Shown: positions 49,500 through 60,010, counted from the first letter of the stretch. The stretch is DNA of 64,000 nt from an uncultured Candidatus Saccharibacteria bacterium (GCA_964446625.1 CAYUPH010000004.1:7838-71837), one strand, 5' to 3'. A program made the numbers and translations. Notes: generated from the sequence alone by a model not told the origin.

Positions 49500-50705
49500 T
49501 TAAATTGATGAAGAAATGTTGTAGATAGGAATAAGAACCGACGCAAGAAGGAATGCAACACCAAGACCAAGGGACACAATCATCACCGGCTCGATAAGGT
49601 CAACAAGAGTATCCACTGCGTTCACAACCTCTCTTTGGTAGAACTTTGCAAGTGTTGAAAGAATATTTCCAAGCTCTCCTGTCTCTTCTCCAATTCGCGC
49701 CATCTGCACCATAATAGAAGGAATTTCTGGATAACGAGAGAACGCATCTGAAAGCGAACTACCTCCTTTTACAAGTTCAAGAGATTCTTTGAGAACATCT
49801 TCGTAAATTTTGTTGTCTACCACTTCTGCTGTTAGTTCAAGTACTTTTACCATTGGAATTCCTGATACAAGCATTGTATTCATGTTATCCGCAATTCGTG
49901 AGAGGTAAAGTCTTCGGAAAAGCGTTCCTACATATGGAATTCCAAGTTTTACTTCTGCCATTACCTTGCTTCCCTTCTCTCCTCTCGATATGTACCACAC
50001 ATACACCCCAGCAGCGAGAACAACCGCGAGGAAAATAAATCCGTAATCTTTTAGAAAATCACTGATACCAATAACTACTCGTGTGTAAATCGGTATCTCC
50101 TGTCCTGATTCTTTGATAATGACTGTGATCTTTGGAATTACAACTGTGAGCATAAGCGACATCACCACAATAAAAGTAAGTACCACAAACGCTGGGTAGA
50201 TGAGTGCGTTTCGTGCCTTACTTGTCACTGCGTAGTTTCGGTCAAGGTAGTCTGCGAGATACATAAATGTCTCATCGAGTTTTCCTGATTCTTCTCCTGC
50301 CCTAACCATGTTGACATAAAAAGGAGAAAATACTTTCGGATGCTTAGCCATCGCTTTGGAGATAGTCGCTCCTCCTTGAATATCGTCAGCAATTTCTGTT
50401 AGTTTTCTTCCGAGAACTTTGTTTTCAGTTTCTGTTGAGAGGAGTCTAAAAATTCGCAGTGCCGATACTTGGGCAGAGAAAAGAGTTGCGACTTGTCTTG
50501 AGAGGATAACAACATCTTTGTTTGAGACGTGGTCAAAAATCTTGAGGTTTCGATTGAGGCCTCCTCCCTCTTCTGCAAGAAAAATATTTTCAATTACAAA
50601 ACCTCGCTTTTGAAGCGCGTTAATAGCGGCGTCCTGACTTATTGCGTCAATTGTTCCTGAAACCTCCTGACTTGTTTCATTGATGGCCTTGTAATTAAAA
50701 AGCAT
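49500..50705 (-). CDS. pilC: Type IV pilus platform protein
   Basis: AGEESGKL, ALIYP, IGEETGEL, LIEP T2SSF repeats. Confidence 0.93.
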   Translation of the reverse strand: MLFNYKAINETSQEVSGTIDAISQDAAINALQKRGFVIENIFLAEEGGGLNRNLKIFDHVSNKDVVILSRQVATLFSAQVSALRIFRLLSTETENKVLGRKLTEIADDIQGGATISKAMAKHPKVFSPFYVNMVRAGEESGKLDETFMYLADYLDRNYAVTSKARNALIYPAFVVLTFIVVMSLMLTVVIPKITVIIKESGQEIPIYTRVVIGISDFLKDYGFIFLAVVLAAGVYVWYISRGEKGSKVMAEVKLGIPYVGTLFRRLYLSRIADNMNTMLVSGIPMVKVLELTAEVVDNKIYEDVLKESLELVKGGSSLSDAFSRYPEIPSIMVQMARIGEETGELGNILSTLAKFYQREVVNAVDTLVDLIEPVMIVSLGLGVAFLLASVLIPIYNISSSI

Positions 50706-50712
50706 TTTATTT

Positions 50713-51783
50713 TTACATTAGTCGCTCGAGCATCTTTGGGTTGATTGCAAATCGGTGCGCGTTTTCGATTGAAATTTCTCCTGCTCGCACAAGTTCAGCG
50801 AGGTATCGGTTCATATCAATCATTCCTGCTTCAGAACTTGTTTCGATTACAGTATTGATTTCGTGAACTCTTTTTTCTCGAATAAGGTTTGATACCGCTG
50901 AGTTTACAATAAGAAGCTCAAAAGCTGGGATTCGTCCGCCTGAAACTCTTGGAATAAGCCTTTGTGAAAAGACTCCAATAAGCGACGACGAAAGCTGAAT
51001 TCGAATTTGATCTTGCTGTCCTGGCGGGAACGAGTCAATAATTCGGTCAATTGTTTGTGATGCGTTGTTTGTGTGTAGTGTTGAGAAAACAAGGTGACCT
51101 GTCTCTGCGGCAGTTACAGCAGCTGCCATCGTCTCTGCGTTTCTCATTTCCCCTAGAAGGATTACATTCACATCTTCTCGAAGCACCGAAGTAAGCGCCT
51201 TTTCAAAATCTTCTGTGTCGGTGTGCACTTCTCGCTGATCAATAATTGATTTTTTTTGTTCGTAAATATACTCGATTGGGTCCTCGATTGTGATGATGTG
51301 CTCCGCTCTCTCTTGGTTAATGAGCTCAATCATAGAGGCAAGCGTTGTAGTCTTTCCTTGTCCCACTGGCCCAACCACAAGAAAGAATCCTTGTTTTTTT
51401 CGTGCAAATTCTGCAAGGATAGACGGAAGCTTTAGGTCCTCAAGAGTTTTAATTTGCTTTGGAATTAGACGAAGCGCAATAGATACATGGCCCTGCTGAA
51501 AATATGCGTTTCCTCGAAACCTAGCTCGTCCTTCATGATCGTATGAAAAGTCAGCTTCTTTGGTTGCGTAAAAAGCTTTTTTTCCTGCCTCATGAATAAG
51601 AAGTGTCAGGAGCGCATCTGTATCCTCTTTTTTTAACTCATCTTTTTTCATAAGAGGAAGAAGTGATCCGTTCACACGAATCGTCGGCTTTCGTCCTTCT
51701 GAAAGATGCAAATCAGAAGCACCTTCTTTTATGACGATGTCGAAGAGATCTTTTAGTTCTGCAGCATAGTCGAGAATTGCCAT
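50713..51783 (-). CDS. pilT: Type IV pilus retraction ATPase
   Basis: ASDLHL, GPVGQGKTTT, TIEDPIE, AETGHLVFSTLHTN, NLIRE. Confidence 0.93.
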   Translation of the reverse strand: MAILDYAAELKDLFDIVIKEGASDLHLSEGRKPTIRVNGSLLPLMKKDELKKEDTDALLTLLIHEAGKKAFYATKEADFSYDHEGRARFRGNAYFQQGHVSIALRLIPKQIKTLEDLKLPSILAEFARKKQGFFLVVGPVGQGKTTTLASMIELINQERAEHIITIEDPIEYIYEQKKSIIDQREVHTDTEDFEKALTSVLREDVNVILLGEMRNAETMAAAVTAAETGHLVFSTLHTNNASQTIDRIIDSFPPGQQDQIRIQLSSSLIGVFSQRLIPRVSGGRIPAFELLIVNSAVSNLIREKRVHEINTVIETSSEAGMIDMNRYLAELVRAGEISIENAHRFAINPKMLERLM

Positions 51784-51784
51784 A

Positions 51785-52177
51785 CTATTTTCCTGCTTCC
51801 GCAGCAATCTTAAGAACTTCTTTTAATACTTCAGATGGAATTGTTGTCGCTTTTACAATATATCCGTTTATACCAAACGCTTTTGCTCTATCAATATCGC
51901 TCTGCTGTCCTTGGTTTGAAAGAATTACCACAACCGCTTCAGGAGCAAGTTTGTCTTGTCTAATTTTTTCAAGGAGTTCCACACCATCCATCCCAGGCAT
52001 AACCACGTCCAGAATAATAATGTCTGGCTTCTCTCCTGCCTTTAATTTTTCGTACGCTTCTCTTGGATCGCTTACACCAGTCACCTGCATTCCTTCCTTT
52101 GTAAATTTCATGGTGTACATGTTAAGAAGGAACTTGTCGTCGTCTACTATGAAGATACTGTATTTTTTGTTTTCCAT
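51785..52177 (-). CDS. Single-domain response regulator
   Basis: IVDDD, ILDVVMPGMDG, GYIVK. Confidence 0.9.
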   Translation of the reverse strand: MENKKYSIFIVDDDKFLLNMYTMKFTKEGMQVTGVSDPREAYEKLKAGEKPDIIILDVVMPGMDGVELLEKIRQDKLAPEAVVVILSNQGQQSDIDRAKAFGINGYIVKATTIPSEVLKEVLKIAAEAGK

Positions 52178-52208
52178 ATTTTAATTATACAACTTTTTAA
52201 TTTGCAAT

Positions 52209-53930
52209 CTATGCCAAACTGTTTATTTCTTCAAAAGGAATCTCATGTTTAAGCGCTTTAATGATTGCATCTTCTTTCATAGTTGTCATACCGTCTTTTC
52301 GAACAATCTTCCAAATCTCATCTCCACTTGGTTTAGTGAGGATAACCCGCTCAAGGTCTTTTGTCGTTTTAAATACTTCAAATACTCCCATTCGTCCCCT
52401 TGTTCCCTTTGGACACTCTGCCGAAGAAACCGCCTGAAGGACAGTGTCCGCGCTTGGAACTTCTTTTTTGTATTCATCAGGAAGATCAGCAAACTGCTTA
52501 TCTATCATTGCCTTTAGGCTTCCCTCAACAGGCATTGGATTTCCTTCCCCACAAATTTTTGATACAAGTCTCTGCGCCATTGTAAGCACAAGAGTTGGCG
52601 CAATTAGGTAAGGATCAACTCCCATGTCTACAAGTCGAGGAATCACACCTACTGCATCGTTGGTGTGGATTGTTGAAAGTACAAGGTGACCCGTAAGGGC
52701 TGCTTGAACCGCAAGCTGAGCCGTTTCTTTGTCTCGAATCTCTCCCACCATGATCACATCAGGGTCCTGACGAAGTGTGGTACGAAGTCCGTTTGCAAAT
52801 GTGTACCCAATCTCTGGGTGCACTTGTGACTGGCTAATTCCTTCCACGTTGTACTCAACCGGGTCTTCTAGTGAAAGAACATTCATTGATTCTTTATCGA
52901 GCTCAGCCAACATCGCATAGAGCGTTGTTGTTTTTCCAGAACCCGTTGGTCCAGAAATAAGAATCATACCGTAAGGCTTTTTGATTGCCTCACGAATGAG
53001 TGCGAGGTCGCGTGGACGAAGATCAAGAGAATCTAGATTCTTTACTCCTTTTGTTTGATCAAGAATTCGCATTACCACCTTTTCTCCGTAGTATGTAGGA
53101 AAAGTAGACACACGAAAATCAACTTTCTTTCCTTCGATTTTTGCAGAAAATCTTCCGTCTTGAGGTTTTCTTTTTTCGTCGAGTTTCATGTTGCAAAGAA
53201 TTTTGATACGAGCAACAACAGCATTCAACACTTTGATTGGAAGTATGAGTGAAGTGTGAAGCGCTCCATCAAGTCGAAATCGAACACGAACCTTCTCCGC
53301 CATCGGTTCAATATGTACGTCCGACGCCTCTCCTTCAATAGCGTACCGAAGAATTGTTGCAACAATTTTTGTTACCGGCGCATCTTCGATAATGTTTGTC
53401 TGATTGATTTTAGTTGAAATATCTTCAACCGCAGTGTTTGCGAGAGCCTGCTCTTCTTCTGTAAGGTCTGACTCAAGGTCGCCAAGTGCTTTTGTTACCT
53501 CAACAGAGAGTCCTTTGTATGACTCCAGTACTTTTCCAAAATCCTCTTCTGTAATTACAAAAAGTTTGTAAGGAATATTGTTCTTCGAAGAGATAAAAGT
53601 CATTGCATTACGCGCGTCTAGGTTTTCTGGGTCAACAATTCCCACATGAAGTACACCGTCCTCTAGTGAGAGTGGAACTACTTTGTAGTAGACAGCCGAC
53701 TCCTCTGGAACATAATTTAGTATCTCGTTTGGAACAGTCTTAGTTCCTAGAGAGATTGATGGTATTCCTGTTCCAGCAGATTTTGCCTCAAGAATATCTT
53801 TACCCGAAATCCCTCTTCGAACAAGAATAGTTTCAAGACTCTCTCCTGATTCACTCGCCTCAGCAATAATCGAATCAGCATCGACTCGTGGTATGAGGTC
53901 TTTTTCAATTAGTGAGTCGAGAAGTCTCAT
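52209..53930 (-). CDS. pilB: Type IV pilus assembly ATPase
   Basis: ASDVHIEP, PQDGR, GPTGSGKTTT, LRQDPDVIMVGEIRD. Confidence 0.93.
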   Translation of the reverse strand: MRLLDSLIEKDLIPRVDADSIIAEASESGESLETILVRRGISGKDILEAKSAGTGIPSISLGTKTVPNEILNYVPEESAVYYKVVPLSLEDGVLHVGIVDPENLDARNAMTFISSKNNIPYKLFVITEEDFGKVLESYKGLSVEVTKALGDLESDLTEEEQALANTAVEDISTKINQTNIIEDAPVTKIVATILRYAIEGEASDVHIEPMAEKVRVRFRLDGALHTSLILPIKVLNAVVARIKILCNMKLDEKRKPQDGRFSAKIEGKKVDFRVSTFPTYYGEKVVMRILDQTKGVKNLDSLDLRPRDLALIREAIKKPYGMILISGPTGSGKTTTLYAMLAELDKESMNVLSLEDPVEYNVEGISQSQVHPEIGYTFANGLRTTLRQDPDVIMVGEIRDKETAQLAVQAALTGHLVLSTIHTNDAVGVIPRLVDMGVDPYLIAPTLVLTMAQRLVSKICGEGNPMPVEGSLKAMIDKQFADLPDEYKKEVPSADTVLQAVSSAECPKGTRGRMGVFEVFKTTKDLERVILTKPSGDEIWKIVRKDGMTTMKEDAIIKALKHEIPFEEINSLA

Positions 53931-53932
53931 GG

Positions 53933-54367
53933 TTATTTTGTAGTTGTTTTAGGTGCAGGTGTTTGAGACGTAGGCGAAGCGGTTTGAGAACCTGGAGCAG
54001 GAACTTCCTCTTCAAAACCAAGCTGTTCTACACTTGAACCAACAGAACCCTGCAGATCTCCTCCGAAAGGATTGTCTCGTCCTTTGTCTTCTTTTTCAAT
54101 TTTTTGTGAAAAGTCCACAAGACTTCGAAACACAGGGTCACTAAAAGAAAACTTGTCTTTAAAGTTTACACGTCTAAGGAGTGCAACAAGTCCAACCAAG
54201 TCTCGATATTCGTTTTTTACTCCAACCCCGGTAGAAGCGCCTGAAGTTGAAACCTTCTTCAAGCTTTCATCAGTATTTTCTGCAGGTTTCTTTAGGAACA
54301 TAGAATAACCTACAAAAGCGATGATGAGGGCAAAGAGTATAATGAGTGGAATTTTAAGTTTTTGCAT
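53933..54367 (-). CDS. Pilus-associated membrane protein (PilP-position)
   Basis: N-terminal TM, GRDNPF motif, located between pilO and pilB. Confidence 0.65.
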   Translation of the reverse strand: MQKLKIPLIILFALIIAFVGYSMFLKKPAENTDESLKKVSTSGASTGVGVKNEYRDLVGLVALLRRVNFKDKFSFSDPVFRSLVDFSQKIEKEDKGRDNPFGGDLQGSVGSSVEQLGFEEEVPAPGSQTASPTSQTPAPKTTTK

Positions 54368-54376
54368 GTCTCTAGT

Positions 54377-54916
54377 TTATTGCTTTAACCAATATGTTTT
54401 GATTGTAACAGAAAAATCGTATGAATTATTTTGTGCTGCCTTAAATGAAAGATTTGTGACATCAACAATTCGAAGGCTCTGTTCTGCTTCTTTGAGGAAC
54501 TCAACAAAGCTTCCATAAGAAGATGTCACCTGGAAAGAAACAAGAATAGAACCGTATGCTTTCTTTGTAGGGTTTATGTTCTTGCTCGCTGTACTACTCT
54601 CTTCATCAATTTTAATTTTCTTGAGCTTCATACCGTGCTTGCTTGCAATACCGTTTAAATCAAGAACAAGCTGTACATTGTCCACATGATCTGGAAGAAG
54701 TTTTTCTAGAGAATCAAGATCATCTGGCTTAAAAGTTTTAAAATCATCCGCAAGATCAGATCGCCTTGCAAGAACATCTTGGGACTGTGCAAGTGTGTCT
54801 TGTAAACTTTTAACCTCCTCTTTCTGAGTTTTGATTTCTTGGTATTTTGGGTTAATAGCAAAGTAAAAGAGGCCTCCTGACACTACTATTAAAATGATTG
54901 CAACTACTCCTTTCAT
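54377..54916 (-). CDS. pilO: Type IV pilus alignment protein PilO-like
   Basis: TM plus coiled coil, KLLPD, YGSFVEFL..E.SLRIVDV. Confidence 0.8.
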   Translation of the reverse strand: MKGVVAIILIVVSGGLFYFAINPKYQEIKTQKEEVKSLQDTLAQSQDVLARRSDLADDFKTFKPDDLDSLEKLLPDHVDNVQLVLDLNGIASKHGMKLKKIKIDEESSTASKNINPTKKAYGSILVSFQVTSSYGSFVEFLKEAEQSLRIVDVTNLSFKAAQNNSYDFSVTIKTYWLKQ

Positions 54917-54917
54917 A

Positions 54918-55658
54918 TTATCTTGTTTGATTTACGTTTATATTTCCACTTTGTGTTCCCGTACTCGGTGCAACTGCACCTGCGCTTTGAGGTGAATCTT
55001 CTGATTCTGGAATGACAGGAGCTGTTTGCCCAGTCTGAGTTGGTGCAGTTTGAATATCTGAGGCCGACCTTTTTTGAGACTTGTAGTACACAAAGTCAGG
55101 TTTTATTTTTGTTGAAAAAGTGAAAACAACATTTCCTTTATCATTTAGATCAAGATTAGAAAAGATAGGATCAATCAGTCGTCGATTTTGTCCAAAAACA
55201 ACAGACTGGTACGCAACTGCGTTGTAACCCGACGCAATACCAGACATGCTAACGTTTGCTCCTGCTGGATCAAAACTGTACTCGTACTTGAAGTCATTGA
55301 AACGTACGCTCTTTAGAGTTTCTCTTTGAAGAAAGTCGAGGAATGCAGAGGCTGCTGTGTGGTTTTGTAGAAGCTCACTTGCAGTATCCATTCGAAGATC
55401 AAGCCTTGCATAGCTCCTGATTGTATCTTCTTCAAATGCTTTTATGTTTTTGTCGATATTTACTTTTATGTCTGCAATTTGCTTGTCTATAAAAGCTTTG
55501 TAACCAATGCACCCTGCAAAAATAACAAGTGTAAAGATAAAAATCAAAATACAAAGAGACAACAAAAGTCCCGCTGGCGAGCGCCTTGGTCTCGCAGGTC
55601 GAACGTCCGCATCTATTCCAGCTTTGGGTATAAAAGATGTTTGAAACTTCGTCTCCAT
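54918..55658 (-). CDS. PilN-like protein
   Basis: FQTSFIPK N-terminus, TM, coiled coil; between pilM and pilO. Confidence 0.7.
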   Translation of the reverse strand: METKFQTSFIPKAGIDADVRPARPRRSPAGLLLSLCILIFIFTLVIFAGCIGYKAFIDKQIADIKVNIDKNIKAFEEDTIRSYARLDLRMDTASELLQNHTAASAFLDFLQRETLKSVRFNDFKYEYSFDPAGANVSMSGIASGYNAVAYQSVVFGQNRRLIDPIFSNLDLNDKGNVVFTFSTKIKPDFVYYKSQKRSASDIQTAPTQTGQTAPVIPESEDSPQSAGAVAPSTGTQSGNINVNQTR

Positions 55659-55779
55659 CCTTAAAATAATTTATCTAAAGTGTGCTAAAACTCACATTCT
55701 GCGACAAAGTCGCATACTTCTACTCTATTTTACAACAAACCACACGAAAAAGAATAGTGGAGAACTTTTTGTAGTCTAA

Positions 55780-56901
55780 TTAATCAAACTCCTGAAGCTT
55801 TCGGAGTGCAATTCCTACCGCCACTGCAAAATCGAGACCTGATTCTTTTAGAATCGGACGAAGGAACGCAGGAGTTTCCACTTTTGAAAAAGGGTCACCA
55901 ATAACAACTTCACCAGGAAGGCGTGCTTTTGCAAGATCAACAAAGCCTTTCATTCCTGCTCCCCCTCCAGTTAAGATTACTTTTCCAATATTTTTGCCGT
56001 ATTTCTTTTCGTACGCAAGAAGAAAACTCTCTGCTTCAGAAAATATAAAATCAATCGGTAGCGAAATAATATCAAGCACAGCTTTCTCTTCATCACTTCC
56101 ATCTCCTTTTAGATTTCGTTTTATTTTTTCTGCCTTTTCTGGTGGAACCTGGAGCCCTCCTGCAATTGCCAGTGTAAAATCCTGAGACCCCTTGTTTATG
56201 ACATGAGATTTTCGAATAATTCCTCTATCTACTATATATAGTTTTGCAACAGCGGCTCCTAGGTCCATTATCATGACGGGGTGAGCTTCTCTATCGACAA
56301 GTGAGCGGATTGCCGCAAACATTTCAATTTCAAAAAAACTTGTATCCACCATACTTCCCCGCACAACAGACGAATAGTTTTGAAGAACTTCGTTGTGAAT
56401 AGACACAACAAGGACCTCTGTCTTCTCTGGGCCTGCTGCCGCAATTCTTTTTTGAAGTGGCACTTCAAAATCAAAAGACTTGTCTTCTTCTTTTGGAATT
56501 ACCCACCAATCAAGAGCTACCTCACTAATTGGCACCGGAATATATTTTCGAGCTTCAATAGGAATCATCTCCCTGAGCTTTTCTTCGGAAAGTGCTGGCA
56601 TTTCAATAAGAGTCACAAGACTTGAACGCATTGGTATCGCAACACCAGCATGTGAAGTTGTCACATTTGCTTCTTTTATTAAATCTTTTACTACTTCTGC
56701 AATTTTTTCGGGGGGAAGGTTTGTTGCTTGTCCGATTGTAAGTCCAGCGTATGGACCAAGCGCAAGACTTCCGTAAGTTTTGAGAATCGCTTTCCCTTTT
56801 ACTTTTGCAAGCTGAACAACCTTAATCGCCGAAGAGCCGATATCAAGTCCTATGACATTTGTATCTGACTTTGAAAAAAAATTTTTAAAGGGATTGTCCA
56901 T
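55780..56901 (-). CDS. pilM: Type IV pilus assembly protein PilM
   Basis: GLDIGSSAIKVV, ILTGGGA, AVAVGIALR. Confidence 0.93.
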   Translation of the reverse strand: MDNPFKNFFSKSDTNVIGLDIGSSAIKVVQLAKVKGKAILKTYGSLALGPYAGLTIGQATNLPPEKIAEVVKDLIKEANVTTSHAGVAIPMRSSLVTLIEMPALSEEKLREMIPIEARKYIPVPISEVALDWWVIPKEEDKSFDFEVPLQKRIAAAGPEKTEVLVVSIHNEVLQNYSSVVRGSMVDTSFFEIEMFAAIRSLVDREAHPVMIMDLGAAVAKLYIVDRGIIRKSHVINKGSQDFTLAIAGGLQVPPEKAEKIKRNLKGDGSDEEKAVLDIISLPIDFIFSEAESFLLAYEKKYGKNIGKVILTGGGAGMKGFVDLAKARLPGEVVIGDPFSKVETPAFLRPILKESGLDFAVAVGIALRKLQEFD

Positions 56902-56939
56902 ACTCGAAAACGTTTTGGCTATAGTATATCATATAAGGC

Positions 56940-57596
56940 ATGATAAAAGGTATTGTTTCTCGTAGTGTAAGGAAGTTTATTTTTGAATTTTTCTCTCTTT
57001 TCGAAGAAAATGCGCGCGGAGCCCATGGAACAGATGTTTTACTGAACGTTTTGTGGGAAAAATACATAAGACAAATGCAAATTGCAGAAAACATATTTGC
57101 ATTCCTCCCCTACGAAGAAGGAAAAGTGCGGAGCGCAATCCTCCAGATTAAAACAACAGGAAACCCGCTCATTATAGAAAATATTGTGAAAGAAATCTGG
57201 AGCGCATTTCTCCCTGAAGTGTCTCGTCTTACTGAGCTTTATGGTTTTTCTCCTAGCATTGTTCCAATTCCTCTTTACATAGGAAAACAAAAAGAAAAAG
57301 GATTTAATCATGCCGAGAAAATTGCCGAGGCTTTTTCTAATGTTTCCCACTACCCCCTTCTTACACATGTAGTTACAAAAAACCGAGATACAAAGAGACA
57401 ACATGACTTGTCCAAAAAAGAGCGCGAGTGGAATTTAAAAGACGCATTTTCTGTCACAGAAAATGCAAACATAGAAGGAAAGGATTTTCTACTTATTGAT
57501 GATGTGACCACAACTGGCGAAACAATGCTCGAGGTACTCTACACACTCCGCCGCGCTGGCGCGCGGCTTGTCGTCGGGGTTGCGCTCGCGCATTAG
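56940..57596 (+). CDS. comF: ComF family phosphoribosyltransferase-domain protein
   Basis: VPIPL...KGFNHA...LLIDDVTTTGET. Confidence 0.85.
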   Translation: MIKGIVSRSVRKFIFEFFSLFEENARGAHGTDVLLNVLWEKYIRQMQIAENIFAFLPYEEGKVRSAILQIKTTGNPLIIENIVKEIWSAFLPEVSRLTELYGFSPSIVPIPLYIGKQKEKGFNHAEKIAEAFSNVSHYPLLTHVVTKNRDTKRQHDLSKKEREWNLKDAFSVTENANIEGKDFLLIDDVTTTGETMLEVLYTLRRAGARLVVGVALAH

Positions 57597-57620
57597 GTAA
57601 TTGCTCTAAAGCAAGGGGTT

Positions 57621-58235
57621 TTATTCCCCTTTTCTTGCAATCACCTGAATCCAATTAACTCGTCCCGAAGTAGTCACACTTTTCCAAACCACTTCTATTC
57701 CTGCTTTTTCTAAATAATTTTCCATTTCCGGCAAAGTAAAATAACTAAAAAATCTTTCATACTCATAACCATAATCATTTTCTTTTTTTACCTCTTCCGC
57801 GCTTTGCCGTTCGCGTATTTCCTTAACTGCAATATACAAAAACCCCTCGCGAGCAACTTTGTCTTTAAGTTTTTGAATTACTTCCCCAATTCTATTTTTA
57901 GGAATATGCAGGAGAACCGCTTGTGCAAACACACCATCAAAAGTTTTTTCTATTTGTGGGAGATTGTAAATATCCAAGACTTCAAAGTCCGCGCTAAGCA
58001 CTTCTTCCTTTGCAATTTGAATCATGCTTTCAGAAAAGTCGATTCCCGCTACTTTATAGCCCTTATCTAAAATGTATTTACTTTTTGTACCCTCTCCACA
58101 CCCAACATCCAAAATCTCCGAACCTTTTTCCAAAAGAGAAAGAAACTTTTCTGTTCCCTCAATCCACCATGTATCTTTCTGGTGGTCTCGGTGCCAATCC
58201 TTTGCGATTTTGTTGTAGGTATCCCTTAGGTTCAT
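57621..58235 (-). CDS. Class I SAM-dependent methyltransferase
   Basis: LDVGCGEG, GIDFS, AQAVLLHIP. Confidence 0.9.
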   Translation of the reverse strand: MNLRDTYNKIAKDWHRDHQKDTWWIEGTEKFLSLLEKGSEILDVGCGEGTKSKYILDKGYKVAGIDFSESMIQIAKEEVLSADFEVLDIYNLPQIEKTFDGVFAQAVLLHIPKNRIGEVIQKLKDKVAREGFLYIAVKEIRERQSAEEVKKENDYGYEYERFFSYFTLPEMENYLEKAGIEVVWKSVTTSGRVNWIQVIARKGE

Positions 58236-58302
58236 AGATTAACTTTTTATATTCACTCTCCCTTCTGATACTTTTAAAGATGCATACCCTAGAACACTAA
58301 CT

Positions 58303-58708
58303 TTACAGACCAAGTTCACGCTCGAGTTGTCTCAATCTTTCTTCGTCCGCTTCCTTTCTTACGTTTGTTTCTCTTCTTTTTTTCTCTTCTTCCTGTTCTG
58401 TTTCTTGCGCAAAAATATCAACTATTTCTCCCTTTTCATTCATTGTATATACCCCAGTTATATCCCCTCTTTCAACAACTCTTTTTTCCGCCACCGCCAA
58501 AGGAGCTTCAATTTTCAAGAAAATTCTGGTTTTTGTTTATTTTCACAACCTCAGCCATCAACTCTGAATCTCCTGCGGTTTGGTATACACCTGGCTCAAC
58601 AAAAATTTTCATTCCACAAACACCAACTTCAAATGAGTTATTGCTGTGTCGCTCATCTAGCCTTTGAGCTTGGCGTGGTATTGAATAAAAACTACTCTTA
58701 TTTATCAT
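58303..58708 (-). pseudogene. Two fused gene fragments: truncated HemK-like methyltransferase N-terminus and an unrelated charged C-terminus
   Basis: IFVEPGVYQTAGDSELMAEVVKINKNQNFLE stops just where a SAM-binding GxGxG motif would begin; a second short ORF overlaps in another frame. Confidence 0.45.
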
Positions 58709-58771
58709 TGTGTAATTTTAACTTAATTATTGGTTCTTAAGTACTCGGGTCATGCCGATACTTTATTTTCT

Positions 58772-58790
58772 TGGTGGAGGCGGAGGGAGT
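58772..58790 (-). repeat. Isolated tRNA/tmRNA-like 3' end (att-like remnant)
   Basis: Reverse complement ACTCCCTCCGCCTCCACCA; similar to 59517-59530. Confidence 0.6.
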
Positions 58791-58946
58791 TTTAAAACTT
58801 ATTTTTTACAAAAAGCTAGAGCATACGATTCATTCGGGTCGGTAAATATTCTTACATTTGGAAAAAATTTTTGAATATTTTCTTTAAACTTTTCTTTTGT
58901 GGAAATAGGAGTTTACCTAAGCAAGAGCTTTACATCTGAAACAAGA

Positions 58947-59462
58947 TTAGTCACTTTCTTGTGCTCGCAAAACCTTCTCTATATTACTAAAATCATTAAA
59001 AGATTTTGGCCCCTTTTCTCCCTTCTCAATATCTGCAATGTAAAAAATATCATCTTCAAGATAATTTGTTCTTATTTCTTTTCCAACACCATTGTAAAGA
59101 CACTGAATGCGGTGTTTTTCCGAAACTGATACATGTGTATCAGAAGAAGCACTCGCCATATCCCAATCTTCCTTTTTTATTTCTTTACACTCTCCTTTAT
59201 AAGTACCAAGATCAAACTTATATGCAAGAATTCTGTTACCAAAAAAACAATAAGAATTAGTGTGTAACACTATTCTTGTATAAGGTACTTCTAAATTATT
59301 ACCTGCTTCAATCCCAGGGTCTACAAACTTTTCGAAAGTGATACTATCAGACGGATCATCAGTTTGATCATCTTTACAACCCGATATGGTCCGAGGAATT
59401 TTATAAATTAGGATTCCCGCTGTAAGTACAAGGATTGCAATAGAAATAATAACTTTTTTCAT
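58947..59462 (-). CDS. Membrane-anchored/secreted hypothetical protein, AT-rich
   Basis: N-terminal hydrophobic helix, 4 Cys, TATAAT 7 nt before ATG. Confidence 0.75.
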   Translation of the reverse strand: MKKVIISIAILVLTAGILIYKIPRTISGCKDDQTDDPSDSITFEKFVDPGIEAGNNLEVPYTRIVLHTNSYCFFGNRILAYKFDLGTYKGECKEIKKEDWDMASASSDTHVSVSEKHRIQCLYNGVGKEIRTNYLEDDIFYIADIEKGEKGPKSFNDFSNIEKVLRAQESD

Positions 59463-59515
59463 AAGTTTGATTATACAATATTTTGTTCAAATTTAAACAT
59501 AAAGACCTCAACGTA

Positions 59516-59797
59516 GGGAGACGGAGGGATATTCGACCCTTACAGGGTCAGTACCCCGATTGGAGATTTTATTTCCTTTCAGTCATAAAATCTGCTCAAT
59601 CGGGCTTCGAATCCCAAATAATTCGGTCAAGAACATTTTTGTCGTCAGCCACTCCAAAAATTTCTCGACCCTGGATTTTCACCCACTTTTGCTAAAGCGG
59701 GTCCCGAAAATCCTTTCGAATCCCCCACGCAAGTGCGTTTAGCACTTGCTCGTCTCTCGCAAAATCAAAACCCGCTTTCGCGGGTTGGATTTTGCGG
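59516..59797. repeat. Modular hairpin unit homologous to 38887-39049 but carrying a different tRNA 3' end (Ser-like TTCGAATCCCTCCGTCTCC)
   Basis: Same order of modules: tRNA-end, GAcCCTTACAGGgTC-AGTAC, bulged stem, inverted tRNA-end split by ACGCAAGTGC..GCACTTGC, terminal hairpin. Confidence 0.85.
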
Positions 59798-60010
59798 GCT
59801 ACTCGGGTATGGTACCCACACTTCCAAGCAACATAAGGGTATTTTAGCGCGTTTTCCTAAAAGGATTTAGGGTTTGTGGGTCGGGGTCACTTTTTTGAGA
59901 ATGACACACTGGTCTGGACTTCTCGCCGTTTCCGTTCTCTGTTATCGGTTTCCCCAAATGCCAACAAATGCCAATTTTCGTGACGTAATTTTTTTAGATA
60001 TAATAGGAGC

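Noticed and set aside
59483-59742. ORFs 59483-59695 and 59560-59742
   Set aside because: They lie inside the hairpin element, with weak starts and no protein-like features.
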